Of a DNA stretch of 64,000 nucleotides, positions 11,851 to 27,303 are shown piece by piece. Position numbers and translations under genes: made by a program. The stretch is from the human T2T-CHM13v2.0 reference genome, Homo sapiens, in the NCBI RefSeq assembly GCF_009914755.1, contig NC_060937.1; one strand, written 5' to 3'. Position 1 is the stretch's first letter; every line of letters begins with the position of its first letter. Under the pieces are notes generated by a model. That model ran no database searches. It was not told the origin of the DNA and saw only the letters and a list, made by a program, of their open reading frames with translations.

Positions 11851-13119
11851 TTATAGATGAAAACAATTACATAGAGAACAATATTTGTGTAAAATACAAA
11901 TGAAGTGCAGTATTTCCCTTTATTTGTGCTGGTTAGACATTTGAATCTTTACTGAGTTTTGGAATTGCACATTGTATTCCACACCAAGTGAGAAAAATGT
12001 AAATTTGAAGGGGAAAGAAAAAATAAATTCTAGTTATGTCTTAGAGAAATGATGGGACTACAGCATTTTGGGGACAGATGAGAGTGAATATGCACTCATG
12101 GGTGGGGCTTGAACAGCTTTAGTCCATGGGCAGGTCCTGTGTAGGAATATGAATTAGGCAGTATTATCATAACTATTTCCAAGGTGAGCACGTTGAAAAA
12201 GAGAGAAGCTGGGTTATCTGTCTGAGGATAAACTTCAAATATTTGACAAAACTGAGATCTGAGCATAGGTATTCCTTGCTCTGAAATTAACTTTACTAAT
12301 CATTACATTTTTAGTTTATTCTTGTAGCAACATCTCAAGCAATTGGTTTTATCTACACAAGTTGTCAATGAAAAACTTGGCACAGATGAAATAATTCCCT
12401 CAGGACTCAGAAATCTGGAAATCTATTCCTTTTACTCTCCTCACATCTTCCCCCTACCTCCTGCTAAGTAACAATAATTCTCTGCAGCTGATCATGAAAA
12501 TTCAGTTCTAGAATTTACAATGTATCTTTAATTTTAGGCATACATGTCTTGTTTTGTAACAAAATTTTACAATAGAGTAATTGGAATTTAGATTATAAAC
12601 TGCTGTTTGTCACATTTAATGGGTATTTTGGTTGTTTCCACATTGTGGGGATGTGAGGGTGATGTTATGGTACTCTTGGGTATTTTGAGTGTTACCAAAA
12701 GCTATACAAAAATGGGGCTAGTGAAAGCTATTTTTGGAGGTGCTGAAATAATTTCAATGGGAAAATGGTCCAGGCCTCAGATGTTGAAGAAATACCTGGA
12801 ATGCCATTCATTCACTTGACTGCTCCTCCCCACACTAAACATCAGCTGAAATAAGAAGCCACCTGGTGCGTTTGATTTTTGTATGTATGTTAGCACTCAA
12901 ATTGCTCCAAGTGATCTAAGGGGGCATGAAAGTGGGCTATGATTGATTGATTGATTGACTTTAGTGCTTCCAATTTCTCTGTGAGAATAAGGACTGACCT
13001 GGTGATGAGAGGGAGTTTATAGTGTTGCATATTGCTTATGGGCACAGTTTCCCTACATGAGCATAGCTCTGTCCCAGGACCCTCGCTCGGTTCAGTCTCT
13101 TTTCTAGTGATGCCTAGTG

Positions 13120-13715
13120 TTACATTTCCACCCTGTGTCTCTGCCCTGAGTCCACATGTCTGACTGCCTACTCAATGACTTCACTTGGACGTCACGTAGA
13201 AGCCTCTGAGTTCACTTGTACAAAGAACAACTGATTTTTCCCAACAGTTGTACAAACTTTTCCTTCCCCAGTCGTGTGTGTTTCAGCAAATGATGTCACA
13301 ATTCACTGTGATGCTCAAGCCAGACTCACATCACATGTAGCATCCATCAGGCTTCCTTTTCTTAACATTAACATTGTTTCCACATTGTGGGGATGTGAGG
13401 GTAATGCTATGGTACTTTTGGGTGAACTTTTACTTTTTGTAGTGCTTCCAATTTCTCTGTGACAAAAGGACTGATTTGGTGAGGAAGGGGAATGACATAT
13501 TAATAATGTGTCACTGACTAGCCAATGCGATCAATGTCACCTTCACAATGTAGCAGAAATTCGCTTACTTCTTGCATTTCCCCTGTTATTACCTTACTCC
13601 AAAGCATCACCATCCAACCAAAGAACCTCACCTGGTTTACTGCATCATACTCAGCCTAGTCTCTTTGCTTCTGTTTTATTACACAACATCGCGTTCTCCA
13701 GACAGCCATCAGAAT
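13120..13715 (+). mobile_element. L2 fragment interrupted by a ~120-bp locally copied insert
   Basis: L2-like ACTGCCTACTCAATGACTTCACTTGGA and TCAGCAAATGATGTCACAATTCAC...GCTCAAGCCAGA. L2-like sequence resumes near 13515. Confidence 0.65.
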
Positions 13716-15281
13716 TATGCATAGCTTTGATCAGTCGAGAAAAGGCCATGGGACCTGACTCACTTACTATTTAGACTATTGATCCATTGGAGTGACACAG
13801 GTTATTAGGAGAGCGCTTCCCTAAGGAGCAGGCAGAACTCTTCTGGAATGACGTTTCTCCTATATGGAGAAGTTAATTGGGTTTAAGCTTTAAAAGCTGT
13901 TGGATGAAAAGATGTGTTTATCACATATCACACCCTAACCACAGGATAGCAGCCTCTGTGCCTGTGTAATGTGATCAACACAAGCACAGCAGAAGTCTCA
14001 CAGCTCACCTATCCTCTACCCTCACTTTACAGTGGGAGACTAAATGAATTAAATCCAAAGATTGAATCTGCTACTTTCTGCAGGGCCAGAAGCCACCCTT
14101 GAGAATCCCTGCTTTATATGTTGCTAAAATGCCACATCATAGCCATTGTGTTCTCGGCCTCAAGGGAAGAAATGCTCTGACAGAGGTCAAAGGACAAAAT
14201 AGAGTTCTCTAATCCACAGACAGGCAACAGAAGAAAGAATTTGGTCCTTTTTTGGAGGAGATAAGTTATATACATGGAACATAATAGATACCGAATTGCT
14301 TTCTTTGTGTGCTATTTTCTTCAAGTTCGTGTAGTTGGTATATAATATGGAACGGGAATTTATTTCAGATTTTGAGGTGCTTTGCAAAGAGCAGAGTGGA
14401 AATGGGGTAAGACCAGAAACAGTGCAAAAATGGCCTTAGCCTAAGATTTTCCCTAGTCTGTTTTATTTCTGTGTCCACTGGAAGAAAGCTCTTCAAGATT
14501 ATATATAATTCAGGTCTATAAACCAGGATTCAACAGATAGTCTTTGGGCTAAGTAACTTCTCTGTGATATTCAGATTAGTGATTTTAGAATCTCGGTTTT
14601 ATGTGGAATCATGACTTTGGGGTGTTTCCATTTCTTTTCTCTTTTAAAATTGGACTATATGTTCATAACACTTGGATGCAAACACTGAATTTTGAAGGAA
14701 GGTGGAGGGCTAACTGCTAGTGTGAACATTCAGTTTTCAATGTCACGCCACCTTAATCACATACCCACCTGAATAATCACTATTCTTCCTGTCAACAGAA
14801 AAGGATAGATGGCAGCGTGGAGATCGTGTGACTATCAGAGTGAATAAAATTATAGGAAAGAAGGAAATGGACTTCATTGCCACATGTTCCAAAATAAAGG
14901 TTAAATTATGGTATTTATCACTCAATCAATATGATTCCAAAAGTATGTTTATATGCTTTGATCAGTTAAGTGTGTTCAGCCATTCTTCCTTAGATTGAAA
15001 ATGAAAGAATAAAAAAAGTCTGGCACCATGTTCTCTAGGGTTATAGTCTTTTATCAAAGATTAGCAGCCTGTGTTCCATTATCTAACACTCTGGAGTTCT
15101 CCCAATCTGTTGCCTTTGGAAAGCAGAATGACAAAATTCAAATTTCAAATGCAGCCAGGGAATAAATAAAGAGTGGAGATGACTCAGCCTGGAGAAAATA
15201 TGACTGTTGGAGAATTACTGTAAAACAAGCCTCTCTGTTGAAGCTGTCAACACAAACATCCAGCACAGCACAGAAAGGCCA

Positions 15282-15601
15282 TATATTAGTCTGTTCTCAT
15301 GCTGTTATGAATAAATACCCTGAAAGAAAATAAGTTCAATTGACTCAAGATTCTGCATGGCTGGGAAGACCTCAGTTAACTTACAATTATGGCGGAAGGC
15401 ACCTCTTCACATGGCGACAGGAGAGAGAATGAGTGCTGAGCACAGGGCTCTCAGATCTTGTGAGAAATCACTATCACGAGAACAGTATGGGGAAACTGTC
15501 CCCATGATTCAATTATCTCCACTTGGTCCCACCCTTGGCATGTGGGGATTATTACTATTCAAGATGAGATTTGGTTTGGGACACAGAGCCAAACCGTGTC
15601 A
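15282..15601 (-). mobile_element. THE1 (D-like) solo LTR
   Basis: TATATTAGTCTGTTCTCATGCTG...GGGACACAGAGCCAAACCGTGTCA. TSD GGCCA / GGCTA. Confidence 0.9.
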
Positions 15602-16277
15602 GGCTAAGTAAATAAGACTGAATGAATAGGGAGTTCTCAACCTTTTGGCTGCTCATAAAAAAGGAAGAAGAATACCTTTGTAAAGGAGGTAGAGACTTCT
15701 TACCTATTGAAATGTATCATACTCATTTAATTTTTGTCTTTAAATTGAGATAGGAGATGGCATGAACAAATGGCAGCTTTTGGACAACTTCTGGTCATGA
15801 TGTTATGGAATGGATCTACATTAGAAGGTTACCTAGATATGTCTCAGAAGCGTAATATATTGACCTAAAAAATCCTTTACTTGGTATGCAGTTTTATTTA
15901 TTTGTGAATTTTCTTTAAACATTTGTGTTTTCTAAACAGTAAGGCCATAGAAATAAAAACACCAGGATAGTTCTGGAATAAAGTATAAAACTTACTATTG
16001 TGTCATGCTTTAGCTAAAGAAGAACATACAATAATATGAGCAGTGATGACTGGGAATTGCCTGCTATTGATCATGAAGAAGGTTAGTGGTTTTTGTCTTT
16101 AATAAACAATGTTTGAAGGATCTAAATGAGTCTAAGTTTTGAGACACGTTTATTGTAGTAAAGTTGTGTGCTTTTGAGAAATCCCTAGAACAGAAATTTT
16201 AATTGAAGGGTCCAATAGATTGATTAGCTTTTGTGCACAGGGATCTGCCAATTTGATGTTTAAAGCAACATGCTCCA

Positions 16278-16659
16278 TGCTATCAACTGAATGTTTGTGT
16301 TACCCCCAAATTCATATGCTGAAGCTGTAAACTGCCAGTGTGATTGCAGTTGGAGATGGGTCTTTGGAAGGTAATTGGGGCTCGATGAGGTCATGAGGAT
16401 GAGCACCTCATGATGGGATTAGTGTGTTGATAGTAAGAGCCAGCACAGAGCTCACCGTCTTCTCAGTGCACACACACTGAAAAAAAAGTTACCTGAGGGG
16501 GAAGCAAGAGGGGCTGTCTATTAGCTAGGAAGAGAGACCTAACCAAAACCTGGCACCCTGATTTCCAGCCCCCACACTGCAAGAAATAAATGTCCATTGT
16601 TTAAACCACCCAGTCTATGGAATTTTGTCATGGCAGCCCTAACAAAACTCTTGAATACG
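16278..16659 (+). mobile_element. MLT1A-like solo LTR
   Basis: TGCTA..CTGAATGTTTGTGT..CCCCAAATTCATATGCTGAA...AATAAATGTCCATTGTTTAAACCACCCAGTCTATGG. TSD-like CTCCA / CTCCC. Confidence 0.85.
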
Positions 16660-17299
16660 CTCCCATGTTATGAGCTATGCTCTACATTCCGAGGAATAGA
16701 ATACATTTGAGAGGCAGAATTTGAGTTATTTATTGTGCTAAATCAACTATTTACTTATAGCCCTAGTTTCCCCCAAAAAGCTTTGAGGTGACAAGGGCAA
16801 CAAAAGCTGTTCTTATAGTTTGCAGATGCTCATCAGTGCCCAGTGGCATGGGTTGCCTTTTCACCAACAGTACATCCAAGAACTTACACACACAGTGAGT
16901 CCCACTTTGACTTTTCCTACACTACAGTATTTTTTAGTTGGCTTTATTCTGCATCAGCAATGTGCCCTTTCTTGTTCTTGAGGAGGCTCTGGTATCAAGA
17001 AGCAGAACTACATTTAGGAAATGGAAGTTCTTGCATAGGGCTCGTGACTTTTGGGGGCCAGTAAGGATGAGAATAAGTGGTAGTGGCCTTCGGTGCAAAC
17101 TTGCTTGGTGTTGGTTTTGTTGATCTTCCTGGCACACACTATGATAATGCCTTCTTTTGATGGAAGAAGAGAGGAAAATTTCACCGACTTTGGACGTTTA
17201 ACATAAAACCAAATTATAAACATTTAGATTGTAGCTATAATCAGACCACCAGAAATATCAAATGAACTTCTCTGCCACCATTATTTGTGAAAAATTTGC

Positions 17300-17990
17300 A
17301 TTTTATATATGTATTTGAGGATTTGTATATTTTCTCAAGAAATTGTCACATATTTCAGAGTGTATCTATATTTGCATCTTTCTTATCAATGCCCTTTAGT
17401 AAAAGTTTGTGAATTTTTCCCAATGGTATTTTATTATACATTTGAAGAGGTTTACTTTCCCAGTACTTTTATTGTTTCTGTTTTTTTTTCTTTTTGAATG
17501 GAATTATTTTTCTACCATATTTTTAATTTGATTATTGTTGCTGAAAGTTTCCACCATTTTAAAATATAGTTGGTCTATTAAACCTAACCAGTTTTAATTA
17601 ACTAACTCTCTTGAGTTTTTAATGTAGACAACCATATCATTTAATGGTGATTTTTCTCATTTTATCTCAAACTTTTTGTATTCTTTTTAATGTATTTTTC
17701 AGTTGGCTAAGTTGTCTGGTGTAATGTTGAATGGTGGTATTATTTTTAGACATTCTTTTTTTTTTTCCTGACTGTCAAAGAATGCAACAGAAATTACTTT
17801 TTAATTTTCTTTTTTTTTTTTTGGCCAACACCATTGTCAGGTTAATGACTATCATGTCCAGTTCTAGTCAAATGCTTTATAGTGAATATTTAAATTTTAT
17901 AAAACATATTTGCATATATTAAGATGGTCACCTTTTAAAGGTATTGAGAGCATATATCATATTATTCAGTTTTCTAGACTGAAATAACCT
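17300..17990 (-). mobile_element. Highly degraded old L1 (L1M/L1ME) ORF2-derived sequence
   Basis: T-rich strand with weak L1 antisense motifs (GTAGACAACCATATCAT; TAATGTTGAATGGTGG). Confidence 0.45.
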
Positions 17991-18035
17991 TGTCCATCTA
18001 GTACATCCAGGTTATCACTACCCGGTTAGGGTGTG

Positions 18036-18363
<328 letters not shown>

Positions 18364-18908
18364 AGGGTATGTTTTTTAAAAATATACCTCTGAATTAAAT
18401 GTGGCTAATATTTTTAGGCAGAACTTTTGCTCTGTTTAATGTTGCAAGACTTGTGAAATAAGTTAGGTAATCTTCCTACGGTTTTCATTTTCAAGAGGTG
18501 TTGGCTTAAGATTGTTATTTTTTCTTTTTAAAAATTAGAAGGCACAGGGATAAAAGATCATGTAATTTTACTCACTTTTTTTCTCAGAAGATAAAATCCT
18601 TTTCGTGTGTGTTCTTACCATATTTTCCCTTCATTGTATTACTAGGCTTTTTGAATTTGTAACCGCTTTTTGTTTTGCTGATGATTTGGGGTTTTTTTTT
18701 TGATAATTTGTTTTACTTATATTTATTTTTTAATTTCATGTTCTCACTCATTTTATTTGAGTTTACTATATTTTTCTCTTCCTCTTCAAGCTAAATATAG
18801 CTTAATTACCTTTATGTCTCTTGTTTTATAATACAATTTAAGGCTATAATTTTCATTTATTTCCAGTTTTAGCTGAACGTAACCACATTTTATATAAAGT
18901 TGCTCTGC

Positions 18909-19229
18909 TAACATGGGTGGGACTGGAGGTCATTATCTTAAGTGAATAATTCAGAAAGTCAAATACTTCATGTTCTCACTTATAAATGGCTGCTAAACAA
19001 TGTGTACCCACGGACATTCAGAGTGGATTCATAAACATTGGAGGCTCCAAACAGTGATAGGGTGGGTGAGGGGGTGAAGGATGAGAAATTATTAACACCT
19101 ATTGGATACAGCGTTCGCTATTTGGGTGATGGGAATACTAAAAGCCCAGATTTCTCCACTACACAATATATCCATGTAACAAAACTACTCTTGTACCCCA
19201 TAAACTTTAAATAAATAAATAAATAAAAA
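18909..19229 (+). mobile_element. L1PB/L1MA-type 3' end
   Basis: CTGGAGGTCATTATCTTAAGTGAA...ATGTTCTCACTTATAA...AAAAGCCCAGATTTCTCCACTACACAATATATCCATGTAAC, then an (AAAT)n tail. Confidence 0.88.
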
Positions 19230-19369
19230 TATATTGTTTTATTAACATTTGATTCGAAGAATTTTATAGTTTTTATTATTCTATTATTCTTTGACCCATA
19301 CAATATTAATATTTTGGTGTTGTTTCAAAATATTTGGTGACTTTGAATGTTTAATTTATTTATTATCTA

Positions 19370-20520
<1,151 letters not shown>

Positions 20521-21046
20521 TCTGCACATTCCTCTCTCTTTCAACTCTTCAAACCCTCTACCTAATACACAACTGTGCCTCTTGCTTCCATAATCCTAGG
20601 TTTTTAAAACTAGCATCTCTTGAATCTCTTACAAGACAAAAAATATCCCAGGCCTCTAGACATAAATCCCTTCTTATCTCTTGTGTTATGGGCAAATACA
20701 TTTTATTCTTTTCTCATCAATCTAGAGAAAAATAAGACATGATTAATTACTTTATCTAATTGTTCTGTCACAGATGGAGTAGACATAGCAACAAACACAA
20801 GTCTAATAGTCATACTTGAAAATACTTGTTCCTTGTGAAAAATGTTATCTTGTAAATCACAGGAGTTGGAATTTGTTGTAAAGTAAGGTAGTTGAAATTG
20901 TATAATGATGTTTAATCAAATATAATTGTGTGATCCCTGGCACTCTCTGATTAAACTGAGCTGTAATTTTAATCCTGTGAACTGCTGTATGAGACTTAAG
21001 AGGTCTATAAAGAAAATTCAGTGGAATTGGTAGATGAGTAGGTGCC

Positions 21047-21444
21047 TAATTTAGTTTGGATGTTTATTTGTCCGCACCCAAATCTCCAAATACCCAATGT
21101 TACAGGTGGGGCCTGGTGAGAGGTGTTTGAATCATGGGGACACACCCCTCATGACTTAGTACTGTCCTCACCATAGTGAGTGTGTTTTCTGGAGATCTGG
21201 TCACTTAAAAGTGTGTGGGACTTCTCCTCCTCTTTGTTCTCACTCTACCGTGTAATTGCCGGCTCCCACTTCAACTTATGCCGTGAGTGAAAGGGGTTCC
21301 TGGGGTCACCCCAGAAGCTGAGAAGATGCCAGCACCATGCTTCCTGTACAGCCTGTAGAAACATGAGCCAATTAAGCCTCTTTTCTTTATAAATTACCAA
21401 GTGTCAGGTATTCCTTTATAGCCACAAAAGAACTGCCTAATACA
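21047..21444 (+). mobile_element. MSTB-like solo LTR
   Basis: TAGTTTGGATGTT...GGTGGGGCCTGGTGAGAGGTGTTTG...CCATGCTTCCTGTACAGCCTG...GCCTAATACA. Confidence 0.88.
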
Positions 21445-21581
21445 GTATCTAATAGGCATTTCTACATCAATTAGATCAGCTAGAGATACATCTATTTTAT
21501 TCATTGAAGTTTTTAAAAAATATATAAAATGGTATTTGAAAGAACTTTCTGCTGCTAAAATACATTAAAAGATACTAAATA

Positions 21582-21860
21582 GGCCGGGCGCGGTGGCTCA
21601 CGCCTGTGATCCCAGCACTTTGGGAGGCTGAGGTGGGCGGATCACGAAGTCAGGAGATTGAGACCTTCCTGGCTAACACGGTGAAACCCCGTCTCTACTA
21701 CAAAAAAAAAAAAAAAGAAAAAAAGAAAAAAATTATCGGGAGGCTGAGGCAGGAGAATGGCGTGAACCCCGGAGGCGGAGCTTGCAGTGAGCTGAGATCG
21801 CGCCACTGCACTCCAGCCTGGGCGACAGGGCGAGAATCCGTCTCAAAAAAAAAAAAAAAG
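21582..21860 (+). mobile_element. AluY with an expanded middle A-tract and a ~37-bp right-arm deletion
   Basis: AluY diagnostics (GGCTAACACGG, AATGGCGTGAAC, GAGCTTGCAG). CpG-rich. TSD GATACTAAATA at 21571-21581 and 21861-21871. Confidence 0.96.
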
Positions 21861-22041
21861 GATACTAAATAAAGTGAACTGTATTATTTCTTTGATGAAG
21901 GCTACAATTCTGATATATCTTCAAATTACTTAAATTAAGATTTTTATTACATTTTCACTCCATTGAGAAGTCATTTATGATTACCCCATGATTAATTATA
22001 TGAACTTTTCTACACATCTCATAATGTTCTGTGTAAACCTC

Positions 22042-22568
22042 TGTATTAGTGAGGGTTCACGAGATAAACAGAACCAATAAGATGTCTGTCTATCTATCTA
22101 TATATCCATTTATCTACCTATCTTTCTAGGGAGATTTAATATAAAGAAATAGCTAAAGTGATTACGGAGGCTGGTAAATCCCAAGATATTCAGAGTAAGC
22201 CAGCAAACTGGAGACCGAGGAAAGCTGTTGATGCTGTTACATTTCAAAGGCCAGTGGGCTTGAGATCCAAGAAGAGTCAGTGTTTCAGTTTGAACCCAAA
22301 TACTGGAAAAAAGCCAATCTAGTTCAAGAGCAGTTGGTCAAGAAGAATTTCCTCTTATATGGGAGATAGTCAGCTTTTTGTTCTATTCAAACGTCTAACT
22401 GAATGAGGACCGCCCACACGAAAAAGAGCAAGTTGCTTTACTCACTCTGCTGATTGAAATGTTATCTCATCCAGAAACATCCTCATAAACACACCAGTAA
22501 TAATGTTTGACCAAATATCTGGACACCTTTTGGTTCAGGCAAGTTGACACATAAAATTAATCATGACA
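22042..22568 (-). mobile_element. MLT2 (C/D-like) solo LTR
   Basis: TGTATTAGTGAGGGTTC...AACAGAACCAATA...GACCAAATATCTGG...GTTGACACATAAAATTAATCATGACA. Confidence 0.9.
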
Positions 22569-22830
22569 ACTTTCAATAGGGAATTTCACAGTTTGCATCT
22601 AGAACACCTAGAACTCCATAATGGCAAAGACGAAGACTTTGGGTCTATGTGTTCTTAGTGGGAAGCACTGTGTTTGGTCTATAATGAGCATTAAGGAATG
22701 CAGAATAAACTATGCATTAACATTGAAAAAACTATATTTGACAAGTTAATGATAATAAACATCTTGGTAAAAATGTGTATTTCTTTTAATAGAAAATTTT
22801 AAAGAATTATCCTAAGTGAAAATATATTAG

Positions 22831-23161
<331 letters not shown>

Positions 23162-24599
23162 TAGATGATGTTTTTAATTAATTAATCAGATTTCTTAAAA
23201 ATATATAATTTGTCTGGCTCCTTTATTTCAGTTAGTCTTTAATCTCTAAAGCAATGAAGTTATTCAACCATAACTCAAGTAACAAAGTGTCCGGACATAT
23301 TTGGAAAATCCATCTAAGAGAAATGAAACTATGAACATTTATATACCTCCATTAAAAATGTGTCTAATTCAAATATTAAAAATCTGAATTTATAAGAATT
23401 TTAGTGGTTTTAATATCTGCTGATTTGTCTTTTAATAACTTTCAGAATTAATTTTGTGTAAATATTTTCCTTTTCTCTTTTTTTTTCCCAGACATAAGCC
23501 CCACAAGGTGAAAAGGCATGCAGATAAAGAGTATGCCTTTTCTTTTTCAGTGTCTGGCAAAAGAATAATTGTAAAATTAAGAGGATTCTTAATCTTTGAC
23601 TTTTGTTCAATGTTGTCTCATCCATCCAGTTTTTCCTGTGCTATAAGACTTAGATCTGTAATGTTAATAATTAATTACTTAAAAGGTAATGTCTATGCTC
23701 AAACAACCTATAATGTTACCCCTAAAACAATGAGAAACAATGACAAGTTAACTAATATGGATCCTTTAAATTGTGTGAATGTGTGCTGTAAGACTGAAGT
23801 TGTAGTTGTTTCTTAGATTTAACACAGAGCTACCTCCTTGACTATAAACTTTTGTTGCTATGTTGGGAAATCAGTTTGGCCTTAAATTGTCTTCTGTGAA
23901 TAATAAAACTTTCCTTGGAGACTGGATTCATGGCAAATTCTCTTTAGGAAAACATGCTTGAATTTGACACATTTGTAAAACCATCGCTCTTTGGGACTAC
24001 TGGCTTCTGACCTCTGAATCCTAGTAATTATTCTAAGGCCACAAATGTACCAAATATTGTCCAGAAGAGCCGTTCACTGGCTCCTTACTTCGTCAGTCCC
24101 ATTGCTTGTAGAAACTGTGCTTCTTATATCCTGGTTAGAGGTCTCCAGGCTATGGTCTTCCTACTTGGTTATCTCAAGCTACAGCTGCTCCTAGTTGGTG
24201 CCTCCAACAACAGTTTTAACAGACTTCATTTTCTATGGGAGACTCATGCCTGAACTCAACTTCTCTATGTCTAGGTAGTGTCCACATGCAGATATTGATA
24301 TAATGTATATTCCTTTATCCTTTATGTTTTATAAGAGGAGAAGGGTACCAAAACACTTAGGGGGTGATAATGACTAGATTGAATACATTTATATTGGATG
24401 TTATCTAAGGAAGAGGCTTTCAATTTTCATACAATGTGGGAGAGAGCTAATAAGTAAAAAGGAAAGAGTTGAAACAATATCTCTAACAATATTGGTTCAT
24501 AGGGAATAATAAGAAAATGGGAATTGTTTGTGGAAAAATGCTATCACATAGGTTGACCTAAAATTTTAAATAATTAAACTCTTTTGATACACTTTTGTT

Positions 24600-25080
24600 T
24601 CTATCTTTTCCCCAAATGACCAGCATAAAAACCTATTGATTAAGCAAATCAAGTTTGTTAGACTGTAGCAGTAGGGAAAAAAAACAACCTTGACAGAGTC
24701 TCATTGGAGTCTCTAAGTAGTGATACTATTGAAGTATATAGATGCTTTAGAGCCTGGGATATGTGATTTAAGGGTAGATATTTCAAGGTGTGGAGCTAGT
24801 TGGAATTGGGAAAATTTTATATAATAAAATACCTTTGGTTTTGCAGGCACAGCAAAGAAGTGAGAATCTTGAAGTAAGCCCTAATTAGCAAACTTGGTTT
24901 AATAGACAAGTGGTTTAGTTGGTTCATATTCTTATTTTCCAGGAACAAGTAATTCCTGGAACAATAATACAAGTTATTTTTACTTGATCTTGGTATAAGT
25001 ATGCTTAGTCCTAGTATGGTTTAACACAGGACAGGAACTATGCTAGTTTAAGTTCTTGGTCTTAAACTGACCTATTATAC
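24600..25080 (-). mobile_element. Possible old ERV LTR, family not identified
   Basis: LTR-like antisense composition (AATCAAGTTTGTTAGAC...GACAGAGTCTC...GTCTCT). No termini recognised. Confidence 0.3.
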
Positions 25081-26259
25081 CATCCCAGTTTTTAGAGAGC
25101 TATATAAAAAACTAAGGATTTTTTTCTCAGCTATCTACCATTTCCAAAACACAAATTTTCACCAAAACACAAATTCACAGATGCAAGATTCTACCATAGT
25201 CAATATTTACTATAGAGCTCCTAGTGTAAGAGGAATCATGATTGGACTCTGGTATCCCATTGGAGCTTGGCTTTCCCAGTAGTTTCTGAAGCACGTTGGT
25301 TAGATAATAGTGTGACCTCAACAAGCTGTACTGTGTTTACTCTGAAAACCTTTCTGGGAAAATTTTTAACTACATTCAATATATTTTCAGTTTTAACAAA
25401 ATTAAGAGGTCCAGAAATATCAGGTTATTAGGATGCTTTTAACAGCCCATCTTTGAAGAGTGGTAGAAAAATATATCTAGGTCTATCTTAAATTCAGGCT
25501 ATTTACAAAGTGAAAATTATTACCTTAATAAGATTCCTCATTATATCTTAGCCCAAAAGTCATTATAGAAAGGCTCAAGAAAAGTTCATGTGTTTGCTTT
25601 TGTCTAAGATTTAACTTAAGGAACATTTTTCTCATTGGCATATTCCTGAAGAATCAGCAATATGCCTGCCATAAAATATTAATTCTTTGCATGTCTAAAG
25701 AAATTTTGGATACCACAGAAAACTGTCATCAAAACCTCAAAGATTTGGCATATGAAAAAATCTCTTTATAAAGACTTGTCTTTATACACACCTCTGTGTG
25801 GTAGATGGGTAGCAAATTTTAAAGATTGAGTGCAGAAGTGTTCAAGGTCATTCAACTAGGACATGAGAGATTTGAAAGTGGAACCAGTCCTTCAACAATT
25901 AGTTTAGTGTTTTTTTTTTTTAACTCTGCCATTCTGCTTTGAATATAGGAATATGACTTCAAGACCTGCACATAATGAGGTCAAACATTTTCTCTGTTTA
26001 AAAAAGTAATTATTTTTATACCTGGGATGCCTTCCTAGACACTCTGAGCAAGTCTGGATATGAAGAAAAATAATTAAATTTATTGCTAGTCACCAAAGCT
26101 GTTGTCAGTTACAGCCTTGTGGGATGGGAGGGTGAAAAAAAGATTTGGCCTGAGGCCCTTAAGGGCCCTTAAGGGTTGTGTTTTTAAATGTGGGCCTTCT
26201 CCAGAAGAAAGTCCTTGCTTCAGAGCATTTCAAATGAGGCAAATAATTAATTAAAATTT

Positions 26260-26513
26260 TTCAGTATATCATGGTATACCTCTATAACACACAATAAAAA
26301 TAACGACTAGAAAAAGTGAAAAAAGTACATAAAAAAACCCAAACCAACATTTCTTTATTATTATGACATTCAACATACTCAAATTTATTGAAATTTCTTT
26401 ACAAGTTTCAAAATACGGACTCTCAGTTTCTGTGTGTATCTTACCGTAGACCTAAACAGTTCACAGGTTCACAGAATAGTGCTGGTCCTTGGGCCGCACC
26501 TTGGGTAGCGCTG
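26260..26513. mobile_element. hAT-Charlie non-autonomous fragment (Charlie4-like)
   Basis: End resembles a Charlie terminus: CTCAGTTTCTGTG...AACAGTTCAC...GGGCCGCACCTTGGGTAGCGCTG. Confidence 0.6.
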
Positions 26514-26687
26514 CTTTAAGTTATGGTCAGATTGAGGACTTACAGGCTGATGTATTTAAGGAGTGTGAAGAAGCTTTTCACAAAGCTCAGAATTAGATGG
26601 GGAAGAGAAAAGACCCTCTCTTGACCATGCCTATTAGTTGGCAATGCTCTCCTTCCTCTTAGAATCTTACCCTGAATCTCTTAGGGT

Positions 26688-27162
<475 letters not shown>

Positions 27163-27303
27163 ACCCATCATCATAAATATAACAAAGTAATATAAAGGAC
27201 ATTATAGTCTAAATTAAGTTAGTGGTAATCCAATACAGTCATCTTATTCTTAATTTATCAAAGGCTCAAATCCTGCTAGATATAAAATAATCAGAAGAAG
27301 TCT

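Noticed and set aside
12680-12964. GT...AG spacer suggesting the 13374-13491 copy is a spliced retrocopy
   Set aside because: The copy keeps the GT and AG plus 16 nt between them, so the junction is not a precise splice. There is also no poly(A) or TSD.
16900-17230. Possible minus-strand processed pseudogene (AATAAA near 16945, short ORFs)
   Set aside because: No recognisable protein, no real poly(A) tail and no TSD.
23640-24290. LTR-like sequence (AATAAAACTTTCCTTGGAGAC...)
   Set aside because: I could not assign a family, termini or TSD.
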